NCBI GenBank assembly: GCA_964016885.1
Contig: OZ024741.1
Span: 320,478,001 to 320,542,000, forward strand
Length of the DNA stretch: 64,000 nt
From: Eledone cirrhosa
Lineage: Eukaryota
Reading direction: 5' to 3'
Shown one piece after another: positions 14,091 through 27,654 of the stretch. The position numbers were made by a program, and so were the translations under genes. Below the pieces are notes generated by a model. That model did no database searches. It saw nothing but the letters and a program-made list of their open reading frames with translations, and was not told the origin of the DNA. How positions within the stretch are numbered: the first letter of the stretch is position 1; each line of letters begins with the position of its first letter.

Positions 14091-17000
14091 CAGTTTTTTA
14101 TTAGCAACAAGGGGACAATGAAGGGGACAAATACAAATGGTATATGAAAATAAAACTATTAATACAACAACAAATAACAATTGAAATCCCCAATAGGGGG
14201 GAGGTGTTACACAGGGGTTGTACACACCCCGAAAAAATGTACAACCCTCATCTCCAGGAGCACCAAGAGTGAGTACTCCCTTCCTCTCTTCCTCAACCTA
14301 CAGAGAGAAGCCCAACCACTCGGGCCATCTTGGCCACATTCACCCACCTTTTATAAAATTTGCTGTGGTGCAGCACCTCTCTCTCCATCCTGATTCTTCT
14401 TCCAAAATGATATTTGAAAAAACGAATAAGTTGCTCGCCGGAGAGAAAGGTCTCTGACCTCAGCCCTTTTAAACTCGTCCACCATAGCCATAACATATAG
14501 GAAAACCGCCTCTCCCTCGTTTTTTGAAGGAGGGTGGCGGTTTGATCATGACAATGGACTCAGTGGTCAACTGGGTTGGTCTCACCCGCGACAATAGTCG
14601 TTCTACATAGCCCCACAGGTCGGTAACGCCCAGGCAGTGTACAAATGCGTGTGCGACGGTTTCCTCGTCGCGCACGCATATCGGACAGATCTTTTTCGAA
14701 GGGTCCCTGTCGGGCGCCCGTGTCTGTAGAGCTTGTCTCGAACTAGTAGAGCTCCTCGGTAGCACTGCCAGGCCAGGGACTTTTGGAAGTTGTCCATTGG
14801 TCCCGGGCGGAAGGTCCTACCGAACAGACTGGCCAGTTCGTCCTCCTCTACACCTAGAGTTTCTCCGAGCGTGTCGTCGCACTTGCTGCGGACCAACCCT
14901 CTATAGAATGTCGAAGTGGAGTCTCCACTGATCGCCGGAACGTTTGCCAGAGGACTGTGAGCACCTGAGCACATTCGATGTGCCAGTCGCACATTTTCCA
15001 GGACTGCAGCTCGGTCAGCGAGACGAGTCGTGGGAAGGCGCGCCTCACAAACGGGGCCCACATCGGTTGTCTGGTGAGGAATACGTAAGTGGACGTGCCG
15101 CAGCCTGAGCGCCTTTGCGCCTCGTCAGCCACGGCACCCCCAGCCCTCCGTTAGAAGGGTGTTGGCAGCAGATGGATCTTCTCACCAAAGGAGCCCGTTT
15201 CATCCAAAGGAATCAGAAGAGCGCGCGCTCCATTTTGGTGAGCGTTTTGGCTGGACAAGGCACAACGGTCAAGCGGTAGTAGATGACGGACGCTATAAAA
15301 GTGTTCGCCACCTCCGCTCGACATTTCAAAGATAGTTTGGACTCGGCCCACTTCTGGGTGAGCGCTAAGACCTTGGCCGTCACCTCGTTCCAGTTCTTCT
15401 CCACCTGGAAGTCAGGACCAAGCCAGACCCCGAGCAGCTTTACCGGTCCTTCCGTCCAGCGTCCGACGACGTCATCGGAAGGCATCGGTTTGCCTCTCCA
15501 CGTTCCGAGTTGCAAACCGACGGATTTGTCCCGGTTAGGGCTTCGCTCCTGTGAAACTTTCGTATTCCTCCAGTAAGTTGCCGATCTCCCCGATTTGCGA
15601 GGTGCTCGACACCATTACTGTCACGTCGTCGGCGTAGGCCGACGCCGCTTTTCACAGTCCCAGTTACAAAGGGATGCCCTGCAATAGCTCCAATTTCCGC
15701 AGTAGTGGATCGAGAGTCAGTACGTACAGAAGGGAGGAGAGAGGGCATCCCTGTCGGATGGGTCACGTGATATGGAACGGCTCTGAGAGGTAGCCGTTCA
15801 CCTTGACCCTTGAGCAGATGTTGCTGTTATGCATTGTAGCAATCCAGCCCCTGAACACGGGACCGAAGCCTGCCGCCTCGAGCACCGCATCCAGGTAACG
15901 ATGGTCATCCTTATCTAAAGCCTTAGACTGATCCAAGTTGATCAGGGCCCCACCAAAGCCGGGTTTACACCCTACCCTCTCTATGATGTATCGAATGAGG
16001 TGGAGGTTGTCGTGTATGGACCTGGTCGGGATTGCGCATGTCTGCGCCTCTCCAACCAGGTTTTCGACGACAAGCGCCAGCCTCTATGCCAACACCTTGG
16101 CCAAATCTGTAACTCTGTGTTGAGCTATGGGCCAGAAGTTGCCTATGTCATCCCCCTTATTCTCGTCCTTCCTGACTTGTGTGACTACGTCCCCCGTCAC
16201 AGAACTGGGAATTCTCCCGTTCTGCTGTCAGTTGCAGTAGACCGCTTCCAGGAGACCGGAGAACAAGTCCGGAATTGCTACGTAAAATTCGTAGGGTAGA
16301 CCGTCGAGACCTGGAGATTTGCGTTTGCCGCATTGGCTCAGCGTGTCCCCTATCACAGTGGCTGAAATCGGCCTTTCGCAAAACTTCGCCTCGCTGTCCG
16401 AGAGTTGTGGTAGGCCGTCGAGGTATGAACCGAAATCCATAGCCCCTCCCGGCGCGCCGCCCTGCCCGAACAGTTGAGCAAAGTGCCGCTGAAAGGCCGC
16501 GCACATTTGCCTCAGTTCACGTATAACGCGTCCGTCTTGGTCCTTCAAAGATCGAATCTTGGACTTGTTGCCAATTTTCGCCTCCGTTACTCGGGCCCAG
16601 ATAACAGCTTTGGCTCCCTCGTTTCCCAGAGCACGTATTTTGCTTCTGACAACAAAGCCTTCATGCTTTGTGTCGAAGAACTGGTCCAAGGCCGTTCTCG
16701 TCACTAGCACGCTGGCTACGTTTCCACTCCTAAGTGCCTCTTCTACTTTATCTACCACTTCCTTTTCGGTCTTATTTCTATCTAACACTAATTCTTTACT
16801 AAAACCTATCGAGTCTAATCTAACTGCCCTCTTGAGAGAGTACCACCATCTGTTGTTGACAATGGCCCCCGTCAAGTGCTGCTTAACTAAAGTGCTAATC
16901 CGTCTACTGTAGGCTTTGCATGTCGGTAACGACAAGTTCAGCTTCCAATAGCCGGGTCCCTGTCTATGTGTTTTGTCAAGGTTGACTAAGCAGGTCAATA

Positions 17001-18440
17001 ATTTGGGATCTTAATAGGCAAACATGAACATTTGTGGACAGCTTAACATGTCCCTATCCTTCTTTCTAGCTAAAACCCTATCTAGGTACGATCTAGATGT
17101 TCCGCTACGATTAGTCCACGTCCACAGTGGCACAGTCGGAAAATCTAGTCGATATCTATCGGCCAGGTCAAATCGGCTGATTAACTGTTTGAGGCTTTTA
17201 CACCCCATCTATCAGGACATGCTCCCACATAGTCCCAATGTGCATCTAGGATTCCATTCCAGTCCCCCACTAAGAGCACAGAGCGGGACGTTCCCAGAAA
17301 AGTCTCTAGACGTTAGAAGAAGTCTGGCCGCGGTGTCCCGGATGGGGCATATGCGGCCACCAGCCTGAAGGCTCCACCTTCACTACCGTCAACGTCTAGG
17401 ACCACCAGTCGATCCTCCGGGTCCAGATGTACGGTCTGTGTTACGAGGTCCAGGTGTTTCCGCAGCAAAACGGCAACCCCACCCCTACCTCCCGGCTGAC
17501 AGAGAGATGCGTAGATCTCAAAGTCGTTGAAGACGGGGGCCAGTTGTCGCTCACTGTGGATCCTGGGCTCGCAAATAACTACTACATACATACTGTGCGA
17601 CTTGAGGTCGTTTAAGAGTTTGCCCTGTTTCCAGGGCATCCCCAGGCCGCGTTCACACATCCAACTCTTATATTGGCCATGTTGGTTCTGAAAAGTTAAA
17701 AGAAGAGGAAAGGAAATCACTCACCTCTTCGTCTCCTGGGGACCAGGCTGCACAATTTCCATGAGGGTGTTGGAGGGTTTGTTTGGTGCCGTGGTGGTCT
17801 CTGGAGGGGTGGGGACAGAGATGTTTGGTGTGGAGGGGGTGTCTGGTGGGATGGGGAAACATTTTAACAGGACTCGATTGTAGGGTTTGACGCAGGGGGT
17901 TACCTACGTCGTTAGGAGAGTTTTCTTTTAACTGTTTATGTGTGTGTCCATGGAGGTCCTAATCATTTTAAGATTAGGATTCTCCGAAGAGTGTGTAAAA
18001 GTTTTCCCTTCGGTCTCCATCGAAGGGTTTTTATATATGGTGTCTGTTAAAGTTTTATTGTTAGTATTTATGTAGGTGTAACATTTTTGTTGTGTTGGGT
18101 TGCTTTTTGTCTGTGGTTCTTGTGTGTGTTTACGTTTTGTTGTAGGTGTTTTGTTTTCAGGAGGGGGTATTTTTGTTTGTGCTGTTTGCGTCGCTTGTGT
18201 TGGTGTTTGTGTGTTTGCTGCATTTTTGTTAGTGTTATGTCTTTTCTTTTTTCTTTTTACTGGTCGGAAAGGCTCTCCCTCATCGTCACTGGGTGACGAT
18301 GATGAGGCCTCATCCGTGTTGTTGGGGAGGGGTACATTTTGGGGAGCTGTTATGTGTATGGGTGTTTCTGGAGTTGTTTTATGTGGGGAGGGTTTGGGTG
18401 GGACTGTGTTTGTCGTTTGTTTTATTGTCACTATTTTTTA

Positions 18441-18485
<45 letters not shown>

Positions 18486-19749
18486 GTTGGTGGTGGTGCT
18501 GATTGTTGTGCTGGTGTTGCAGGTGTTGGCAGAAATGCCTTTTTTGGCTAGCTAGCCGAAGACAGCAAGCTCTCAGGTGACCCCTACCCTCGACCGAAAT
18601 GTTTATGTATATAAGTCCATCCTGCAGCAACGTTCCGGGATCCTAGCTATTCGTTCTGGTGTCATTTGGTCCAGAATTTCCAGGCTAGTTCCGCTGAACA
18701 GGTCGCCGGATGACTTACCTACCGATATTATTGTGTCTTTTTCTAGGTTTAAAAATCCACATAGTACCCACCAAATATCAATATTTGGTGTGATACTTTG
18801 GATTTTTATTTTCTGTGTTCTTTTCCCCTGTAAGTGGGGAAAAGAGTGAACAACGGTGACACAATTGGCGACACAGAGTATTTCTGTGCTGTCAGTTGGT
18901 CTTTCATCAGAATGGATAAACTCCCGTAGAGTCTACCCTTCTGAATGAAAGCAATGGCTTTTAAGGTATCTTCTAAAACCAACTCAATTTCGCCTTGTGA
19001 AAGTTGAGTCGGTTTTCGGGTTTTGTTTGAGACTGTCCTGAAAACCATAGTTTTCAAGGCAGCTTCTCTTCGCAAATCTGGGGGAGAGTTTATGGAGAAT
19101 GATCCGTTCTTCCCAAAAGTTACATATTGTCTGGCGTTATTCAAAAGCTCATTTGCATTTGAAATATCTACCAGAGTGTAGCTTACCGTTTTCTTTACGG
19201 TTTGCGCAAACGATATTTTGTCGTTTACTTCCTTGTTGCAGTTATTGGTCTTGTTGTTATTGTTATTGTTATTGTTGTTGGTGTTGTTTTCGTTCGTAGC
19301 ATTGTTGTTGCTGTTGTTGTTGTTGTTGCTGATGCCGCTGGTTGTGTTGGTTTTGTTCATTGTTTCACAGTTTTGGTTTGTTGCCATGGCAACGTCAAGT
19401 TGTCGGTCAGCAGGTGGAGAAAATCCTTCCACTGGCTGACCTTTGTCTTTGACATCTGCTACTATGACTGTCGAAGGGGTTAGCTATAAGCATATCTTCC
19501 CCTTTCCTCCTTCGAATGTTGGTGAAGAAGCTTCAGCCATTTAAAAAAAAATGTTAGCTTTTCCCCAAAAAAAACATTTTGTGAACTATTTCGCCTAAAG
19601 GCGTAGAATATTTTGAGAGACTGACCAGATCAAAATTTGACCTGGCAGTCCCTCTACAAATTGATATAAAAATGAAGGTTTACAGTTAGGAATTTCTATA
19701 GAAATTAAGAAGAACTTACCCAGCAAGTTTCACGCGTGTGTCCATCCCA
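14091..19749 (-). mobile_element. Near full-length, decayed L1/Tx1-clade LINE (ORF1 + APE/RT/CCHC ORF2)
   Basis: ORF1 pieces 18806-19540 and 17928-18431; APE motifs (GGVAVLL, AYAP, SYLDRVL) about 17000-17680; GPGYWKLN, KSPGLDGLPYEFY, AYADD, CPIC..ETVAHAFVHC; polyA signal; (GATA)n on both flanks. Confidence 0.92.
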
Positions 19750-19750
19750 G

Positions 19751-19812
<62 letters not shown>

Positions 19813-19820
19813 TTAGATGG

Positions 19821-20427
19821 TGGCTGCCAACTCGTTTTCAAGTACGGCCACTACTTTATATCCATGTAAGAGAACCCCTACCGATGCGCTAAAAGAGTGT
19901 GACTTTTTAGTCCAGCCAGCGACTTGAAAACTCTGGTACAAACACTACACTTGTGACAATTATTGACACATAGTGCTAGGCCCATGGTACCATGTGACGA
20001 CAAGTGCAGAGAGATCTCCAGATATAAAGAAATGCCTGTGCCGTGAAGCTTTTATAGTGAGCAAAGGCACTGCACAAAGCCAGTCCCACTCTCTTAACCA
20101 AGATGATATTTACCAAAAAGAAGAACAAGTCAACATCATTGGATACCATCAGGGTTGCAGGTGCTATATCAGAATTTTCCCTTCTCCTAGAATTCTGCCT
20201 TGAGAAAGGCTAAGGAGTCATCTCTCCCGGTGATTTTGGATGGCCATTGACTCTTAAGAGCTCCTTTGCCCTTTGACAGGTTTTGTTTTTAGTCCTGCAG
20301 GATGTCCAAAGTCACCCTCCTCACCAAGAAACGTTGGTGGGGTTGCCAGTTTAGTCGCCAACGCCCCGATCATGAGACACGTTGTACTGGGATACATGTT
20401 ACCAGTAGCACCAACTGGTGACCTGAC
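19821..20427 (-). mobile_element. RTE-derived non-autonomous element family A
   Basis: Copy of 10070-10676. Confidence 0.8.
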
Positions 20428-20467
20428 ATATACATACAAGCATACATACATACATACATACATACAT

Positions 20468-21082
20468 AATTGTTGCCAGCTGCGAAAGAATGTCATCTCG
20501 CTACTACCTCCCCATGAGACACGATGGGATAGCTAGAACTATCTGGAACGCACTTCGGAAAACAAAATTAACAACAAACGAGGAAGAATATATTGAGACA
20601 GATGGCACTAAGGAATACTGGTGGAACCTGAAAATAAAAACTGCCACCAAATTAAAGCACAACCGGCCTGATATTGTAGTTTGGGACCACACATTGAAAA
20701 CGTGTTCTGTTGTGGAGATCAGCTGCCCACTTGATGTAAACGTTGTCAGAAAAATACAGGAGAAGGAGGACATCTACGGACCATTGATGAGGAGCTTACA
20801 AATCCAGTATCCAAGATACACATTTAGCTTCATACCCATCATTATTGGTGCTACGGGTTATATACCAACCCGCTTGGACCAAAGTATGACCGAACTTGGA
20901 TTTGCGGACAAAAAGCGCAGCTCCCTAATTCATAGTCTACAAATGGCTGCGATAGCTGGCACCTTCAAAATATGCAAAACATTCTTGCGATTCAAGGGAT
21001 GACAATTTCTTTTCTTTTACAACCTTGCCACCAGGAAGGTGGCCGGTCAAAAAAATATACTCGAAATTAAGAGAAAGAGAAA
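20468..21082 (+). mobile_element. 3' fragment of R4-like (RLE) LINE in (CATA)n
   Basis: ORF 20490-21002: RHD, HNRPDIV, VEISCP, EKEDIY, IPIIIGATG; (CATA)n at both ends. Confidence 0.85.
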
Positions 21083-21181
21083 ACATACATACATACATAC
21101 ATACATACATACATACATACATACATACATACATGATGGCTGCCCCCTCGTTATCGAGTATGGCCATTGCACAAGAAAAAA

Positions 21182-21224
<43 letters not shown>

Positions 21225-21229
21225 AATAA

Positions 21230-21284
<55 letters not shown>

Positions 21285-21288
<4 letters not shown>

Positions 21289-24200
21289 TCGAACATAAAC
21301 AGTTCGAATAACGGTGAAATGGAGACTAGAACGTCATGTGACAGACTCTCACCCAACAGGTGCCCCCTGGCTCAGCAGCAGGAACCTGACTGTCAACCAA
21401 ATACTGCTGATGTTGGAGGAAGAAGAAGAAGGAAAGGGGCCAGAACCAACTGGACGAAAGAATTGAATAGAACTGTTATGCAATGCTACCTGAAAAGTAA
21501 CCTCAAGGAGAGGGGCTACAGGAGACGGATGCATAACATCTGGAACGAGATTGGTTTATTTAAATTAGATGAACAAAAATTGGCCGGGCAGGCTCGGGTA
21601 ATAAGAACTAATGGGTGGATAAGCGAGCTGGAACTGGAGGAACTGAGCAGAGAGATTAGCTTGGAGATGGAGGGTGGAGTATGCCAGGCAAACGAGCCAG
21701 TAGGAAATGAAGCTGTAGAGGTCAAGAGAACGGAGGAACCACCCGAAGCAGACAATGATCTGAATACTGAGATAAATAATACCTGGAACAGAGATACGGC
21801 CACTGAGGAGATGAATGCTGACGGGCTAGGACAAGATTCGGTTGACATCCTAAATTTAGTGGTAGATGAGTTGAACAATGATAGTGGGAGACCTATGAAC
21901 CTAAGATTTGTAGACAGGAAAAAGTTAAAAGAAACAACAGCTAGGGTAAACAAAGTCATCCCATACCTTGAGGCGAGGAGTCTTCACCAGTGCAACAATA
22001 TCCTCAAAGCAACAGCAAATACGGTGAGGAAACTACTTGGTATAAAAGCGAGAGGAAACAACAGACAAGAAAGAGCAGAGCCGTGGTGGAAGAAGCGACT
22101 GAGTGGGCAAATCGGGGAAATGAGAAATGACATAGGAAAGCTTGAGTCACTACTGAATGGGACACTAAAAAACATAGGCACTAAAAATAGACTGGAAATA
22201 AAATACAAAACTAGGAGTAAAAAGCTAAATATTATCATAGAGGAATTGAAGCAACGCATTGTAGCAAAGAGTGCCAAAATCAGGCGATACGAGAACAGAG
22301 TCAGTCAGTATAAACAGAACCGCATGTTCGACAACAACCAGAAGATGCTGTTTGGACAGCTTGAGGGGAAAGAAAGAGGCAACGACTTGATCCCTGGGGC
22401 GGAACAAGCTAAAACATTCTGGAGAGGAATATGGGAGCAGGATGTTAGACACAATGCCCAGGCAGGGTGGATTGAGACAGTACAGAGGGAGATCGGTGAG
22501 CAGGCACAACAACAGACTGATTTGAGTATCACAGTTGAAACTCTTAAGGGGCAAGCCAAAAAACTAACCAACTGGAAATCACCAGGCCCAGATGGTGTGC
22601 AGGGGTATTGGATTAAACATTTAACATCCCTCCACCCGAAGCTGACGGCCATGTTCAATGACTGCTTGGTGTCGGGTGAGGTGCCAGAGTGGTTGACAAA
22701 AGGTACCACAGTTCTGATAATGAAAGACCGAAACAAGGGTAATGATGTTACCAACTATAGACCTATCACATGTCTGCCCGTAATGTGGAAACTGTTGACG
22801 AGCATTGTGTCTGAGGAAATCTGCCATCACCTCCACACAAACAACTTGTTACCGGACGAACAGAAAGGATGCCGAAAGAAGTCACGTGGTACAAAGGACC
22901 AGTTGCTTATTGATAAGATGGTAATGGGGAATTGCAGGAGGAGACACACTGATCTTGCCATGGGATGGATAGACTACAGAAAGGCATTTGACATGGTGCC
23001 TCATTCCTGGATCACCAAAAGCCTGGAGATCTTCAGGGTGGCAGATAATATCAGACAGTTGCTGGGCAGGAGTATGGGGTCCTGGGAGACAGAGTTGACA
23101 TCAACTGGAGTATCCTTGGGAAGCGTGAAGATCAAGAGAGGTATCTTCCAGGGAGATAGCCTGTCCCCTCTGTTGTTTGTCCTTGCCCTGATGCCCTTGA
23201 CCATTATGCTGCGAAAAGTGAGAGCAGGATACAAGTTGGGAAGGGGAGAGCTTACCATCAATCACCTCCTCTTCATGGACGATCTTAAGCTCTTCGGGAA
23301 AAGTGAGAAGGAGTTGGATGTGCTTGTTGACACTGTCCGTATTTTCAGCAGTGATATATGTATGCAGTTTGGTATTGGTAAATGTGGAGTCATTGTGATG
23401 AAGAGGGGTAGGTTGAGCAGAAGTAACGGGATCCAGATACCAACAGGTGAGATGATAAAGGAAATTGACTCTGAGGAAGGATACAAGTATTTGGGCGTTC
23501 TGGAGGCTGATGGCATAAAGAACAAAAAAATGAAGGAATTGTTAAGAACTGAATACATTCGGAGAGTAAGGAGCGTATTGAAGTCACATCTGAACAGCAG
23601 AAATGCCATAAGCGCAGTAAATTCCCGAGCTGTGTCTATTATTAGGTACAGTGCGGGAATTCTGAGATGGAATGTTGCTGAACAAAAAGAAATGGATAGG
23701 AAGACTAGGAAGCTATTGACTATCTACAACATGTTCCACAAGAGGAGTGATGTCGATAGACTCTACCTAAGGAGACCTGAGGGTGGAAGAGGTCTTATCA
23801 GCATAGAGGACTGTGTTCAGATGGAGAAAAACAACCTATACAAATACGTGACCTATAGTAAGGAGCCAATGCTCAGAGCTGTACTGAAGGAGGGGACAGT
23901 AGGCCAGGGGATATCCAAGGAGGAAATAACATCAAGGAGGAAGAGCAGCCTTAAGGGAAAATCCCTTCATAGTACCTTCTTTGAGAAAACTGAATTTAGA
24001 GATCCACAGACATGGAACTGGTTGAGAAGAGGAGACCTCAAAAAGGCTACAGAAGGAATGCTAATGGCTGCGCAGGAGCAGGCCCTCAAAACGAAGTGGT
24101 TGAAGCACCATATCTACAAGGAGGAGGCTAGCCCACTGTGCAGGATCTGTGGAGAGAGAGAGGAGACTGTGGCCCACATTGTGTCCGAGTGTAAACACCT

Positions 24201-24790
24201 AGCCCAGACCCACTATAAGGGCTGGAGACACGATGTGATGGGCAGGGTGATCCACTGGCACCTGTGCAAAGTAAACAATCTACCACATTCTGAGAAATGG
24301 TATGAGCATAGGCCAGAGGCGGTGATGGAGAACAGTCAGGTGAAGGTGCTGTGGGATTTTAGGATACAGACGGACAAAAAACTGGAACACAATAGACCTG
24401 ACCTGGTGGTTGTGGACAAAGAAAAAAGATCGTGCCTGATTGTGGATGTGGCCTGCCCGTTCGACACGAGAGTGCAAGAGAAGGAGAGGGAGAAAATTAA
24501 CCGATACCAGGACCTAAAGTGGGAGGTGAAAAGGATTTGGAACTGCCATGAAGTCAAAGTGATCCCGATTGTCATAGGCGCACTGGGGACTATCTCCAAA
24601 GGTTTCCAGGGATGGTTAAAGAAATCGGCCCCTTCACGCTTTTTGGAACGCTTCAAAAGGCATGCTTGCTTGGAACGGCAAGAACCCTCCGATACGTCCT
24701 GAATATCTGAGGCTGCAGGTAGTGGCTTGATATTCAATCCAACGGACTTTCCAGTTAACCAACATCAATGACTGAGATTCAAGGAATAAC
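21285..24790 (+). mobile_element. Dong/R4-clade non-LTR retrotransposon, near intact, in (TAA)n
   Basis: Single long ORF; (TAA)n 5' flank and (AAT)n 3' flank. Confidence 0.93.
21319..24702 (+). CDS. RT + CCHC + restriction-like endonuclease polyprotein (1127 aa; true C-terminus probably -1 frameshifted)
   Basis: WKSPGPDG, NYRPITCL, IDYRKAFD, GIFQGDSLSP, LFMDD, GGRGL, CRIC..H..SEC, RHD, PDL..D..E..K..Y. Confidence 0.92.
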   Translation: METRTSCDRLSPNRCPLAQQQEPDCQPNTADVGGRRRRKGARTNWTKELNRTVMQCYLKSNLKERGYRRRMHNIWNEIGLFKLDEQKLAGQARVIRTNGWISELELEELSREISLEMEGGVCQANEPVGNEAVEVKRTEEPPEADNDLNTEINNTWNRDTATEEMNADGLGQDSVDILNLVVDELNNDSGRPMNLRFVDRKKLKETTARVNKVIPYLEARSLHQCNNILKATANTVRKLLGIKARGNNRQERAEPWWKKRLSGQIGEMRNDIGKLESLLNGTLKNIGTKNRLEIKYKTRSKKLNIIIEELKQRIVAKSAKIRRYENRVSQYKQNRMFDNNQKMLFGQLEGKERGNDLIPGAEQAKTFWRGIWEQDVRHNAQAGWIETVQREIGEQAQQQTDLSITVETLKGQAKKLTNWKSPGPDGVQGYWIKHLTSLHPKLTAMFNDCLVSGEVPEWLTKGTTVLIMKDRNKGNDVTNYRPITCLPVMWKLLTSIVSEEICHHLHTNNLLPDEQKGCRKKSRGTKDQLLIDKMVMGNCRRRHTDLAMGWIDYRKAFDMVPHSWITKSLEIFRVADNIRQLLGRSMGSWETELTSTGVSLGSVKIKRGIFQGDSLSPLLFVLALMPLTIMLRKVRAGYKLGRGELTINHLLFMDDLKLFGKSEKELDVLVDTVRIFSSDICMQFGIGKCGVIVMKRGRLSRSNGIQIPTGEMIKEIDSEEGYKYLGVLEADGIKNKKMKELLRTEYIRRVRSVLKSHLNSRNAISAVNSRAVSIIRYSAGILRWNVAEQKEMDRKTRKLLTIYNMFHKRSDVDRLYLRRPEGGRGLISIEDCVQMEKNNLYKYVTYSKEPMLRAVLKEGTVGQGISKEEITSRRKSSLKGKSLHSTFFEKTEFRDPQTWNWLRRGDLKKATEGMLMAAQEQALKTKWLKHHIYKEEASPLCRICGEREETVAHIVSECKHLAQTHYKGWRHDVMGRVIHWHLCKVNNLPHSEKWYEHRPEAVMENSQVKVLWDFRIQTDKKLEHNRPDLVVVDKEKRSCLIVDVACPFDTRVQEKEREKINRYQDLKWEVKRIWNCHEVKVIPIVIGALGTISKGFQGWLKKSAPSRFLERFKRHACLERQEPSDTS

Positions 24791-24820
<30 letters not shown>

Positions 24821-24822
<2 letters not shown>

Positions 24823-27350
24823 GAGTGCCAAAATCAGGCGATACGAGAACAGAGTCAGTCAGTATAAACAGAACCGCATGTTCGACAACAACCAGAAGAT
24901 GCTGTTTGGACAGCTTGAGGGGAAAGAAAGAGGCAACGACTTGATCCCTGGGGCGGAACAAGCTAAAACATTCTGGAGAGGAATATGGGAGCAGGATGTT
25001 AGACACAATGCCCAGGCAGGGTGGATTGAGACAGTACAGAGGGAGATCGGTGAGCAGTCACAACAACAGACTGATTTGAGTATCACAGTTGAAACTCTTA
25101 AGGGGCAAGCCAAAAAACTAACCAACTGGAAATCACCAGGCCCAGATGGTGTGCAGGGGTATTGGATTAAACATTTAACATCCCTCCACCCGAAGCTGAC
25201 GGCCATGTTCAATGACTGCTTGGTGTCGGGTGAGGGGCCAGAGTGGTTGACAAAAGGTACCACAGTTCTGATAATGAAAGACCGAATCAAGGGTAATGAT
25301 GTTACCAACTATAGACCTATCACATGTCTGCCCGTAATGTGGAAACTGTTGACGAGCATTGTGTCTGGGGAAATCTACCATCACCTCCACACAAACAACT
25401 TGTTACCGGACGAACAGAAAGGATGCCGAAAGAAGTCACGTGGTACAAAGGACCAGTTGCTTATTGATAAGATGGTAATGGGGAATTGCAGGAGGAGACA
25501 CACTGATCTTGCCATGGGATGGATAGACTACAGAAAGGCATTTGACATGGTGCCTCATTCCTGGATCACCAAAAGCCTGGAGATCTTCAGGGTGGCAGAT
25601 AACATCAGACAGTTGCTGGGCAGGAGTATGGGGTCCTGGGAGACAGAGTTGACATCAACTGGAGTATCCTTGGGAAGCGTGAAGATCAAGAGAGGTATCT
25701 TCCAGGGAGATAGCCTGTCCCCTCTGTTGTTTGTCCTTGCCCTGATGCCCTTGACCATTATGCTGCGAAAAGTGAGAGCAGGATACAAGTTGGGAAGGGG
25801 AGAGCTTACCATCAATCACCTCCTCTTCATGGACGATCTTAAGCTCTTCGGGAAAAGTGAGAAGGAGTTGGATGTGCTTGTTGACACTGTCCGTATTTTC
25901 AGCAGTGATATATGTATGCAGTTTGGTATTGGTAAATGTGGAGTCATTGTGATGAAGAGGGGTAGGTTGAGCAGAAGTAACGGGATCCAGATACCAACAG
26001 GTGAGATGATAAAGGAAATTGACTCTGAGGAAGGATACAAGTATTTGGGCGTTCTGGAGGCTGATGGCATAAAGAACAAAAAAATGAAGGAATTGTTAAG
26101 AACTGAATACATTCGGAGAGTAAGGAGCGTATTGAAGTCACATCTGAACAGCAGAAATGCCATAAGCGCAGTAAATTCCCGAGCTGTGTCTATTATTAGG
26201 TACAGTGCGGGAATTCTGAGATGGAATGTTGCTGAACAAAAAGAAATGGATAGGAAGACTAGGAAGCTATTGACTATCTACAACATGTTCCACAAGAGGA
26301 GTGATGTCGATAGACTCTACATAAGGAGATCTGAGGGTGGAAGAGGTCTTATCAGCATAGAGGACTGTGTTCAGATGGAGAAAAACAACCTATACAAATA
26401 CGTGACCTATAGTAAGGAGCCAATGCTCAGAACTGTACTGAAGGAGGGGACAGTAGGCCAGGGGATGTCCAAGGAGGAAATAACATCAAGGAGGAAGAGC
26501 AGCCTTAAGGGAAAATCCCTTCATAGTACCTTCTTTGAGAAAATCTGAATTTAGAGATCCACAGACATGGAACTGGTTGAGAAGAGGAGACCTCAAAAAG
26601 GCTACAGAAGGAATGCTAATGGCTGCGCAGGAGCAGGCCCTCAAAACGAAGTGGTTGAAGCACCATATCTACAAGGAGGAGGCTAGCCCACTGTGCAGGA
26701 TCTGTGGAGAGAGAGAGGAGACTGTGGCTCACATTGTGTCCGAGTGTAAACACCTAGCCCAGACCCACTATAAGGGCTGGAGACACGATGTGATGGGCAG
26801 GGTGATCCACTGGCACCTGTGCAAAGTAAACAAGCTACCACATTCTGAGAAATGGTATGAGCATAGGCCAGAGGCGGTGATGGAGAACAGTCAGGTGAAG
26901 GTGCTGTGGGATTTTAGGATACAGACGGACAAAAAACTGGAACACAATAGACCTGACCTGGTGGTTGTGGACAAAGAAAAAAGATCGTGCCTGATTGTGG
27001 ATGTGGCCTGCCCGTTCGACACGAGAGTGCAAGAGAAGGAGAGGGAGAAAATTAACCGATACCAGGACCTAAAGTGGGAGGTGAAAAGGATTTGGAACTG
27101 CCATGAAGTCAAAGTGATCCCGATTGTCATAGGCGCACTGGGGACTATCTCCAAAGGTTTCCAGGGATGGTTAAAGAAAATCGGCCCTTCACGCTTTTTG
27201 GAACGCTTCAAAAGGCATGCTTGCTTGGAACAGCAAGAACCCTCCGATATGTCCTGAATATCTGAGGCTGCAGGTAGTGGCTTGATATTCAATCCAACGG
27301 ACTTTCCAGTTAACCAACATCAATGACTGAGATTCAAGGAATAACAATAA
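24821..27350 (+). mobile_element. Second, 5'-truncated Dong/R4 copy in tandem
   Basis: Near-identical to copy 1 from about 22267; ORFs 24878-26548 and 26535-27257 are split by a 1-nt insertion near 26544; (AAT)n tail. Confidence 0.93.
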
Positions 27351-27486
27351 CAATAATAATAATAATAATAATAAATAAAAATAAAAATAAAAAATAAAAA
27401 AATAAAAAATAAAAAAAATAAAAAGATATATATATATATATATACATACATACATATACACATACACACATACATACACATACACA

Positions 27487-27518
<32 letters not shown>

Positions 27519-27654
27519 TACATTAATAACAATAATAATAATAATAATAATAGCAATAATAATAATAACGACAACAACAATAATAATATACATATTCATA
27601 TATATATACACACACACGCACGCACATAAGCATATCTACACACACACACACACG

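Noticed and set aside
21349-27292. Minus-strand ORFs over the Dong copies and similar antisense ORFs over Tx1/PLE
   Set aside because: Antisense shadows of TE coding sequence with no recognisable motifs
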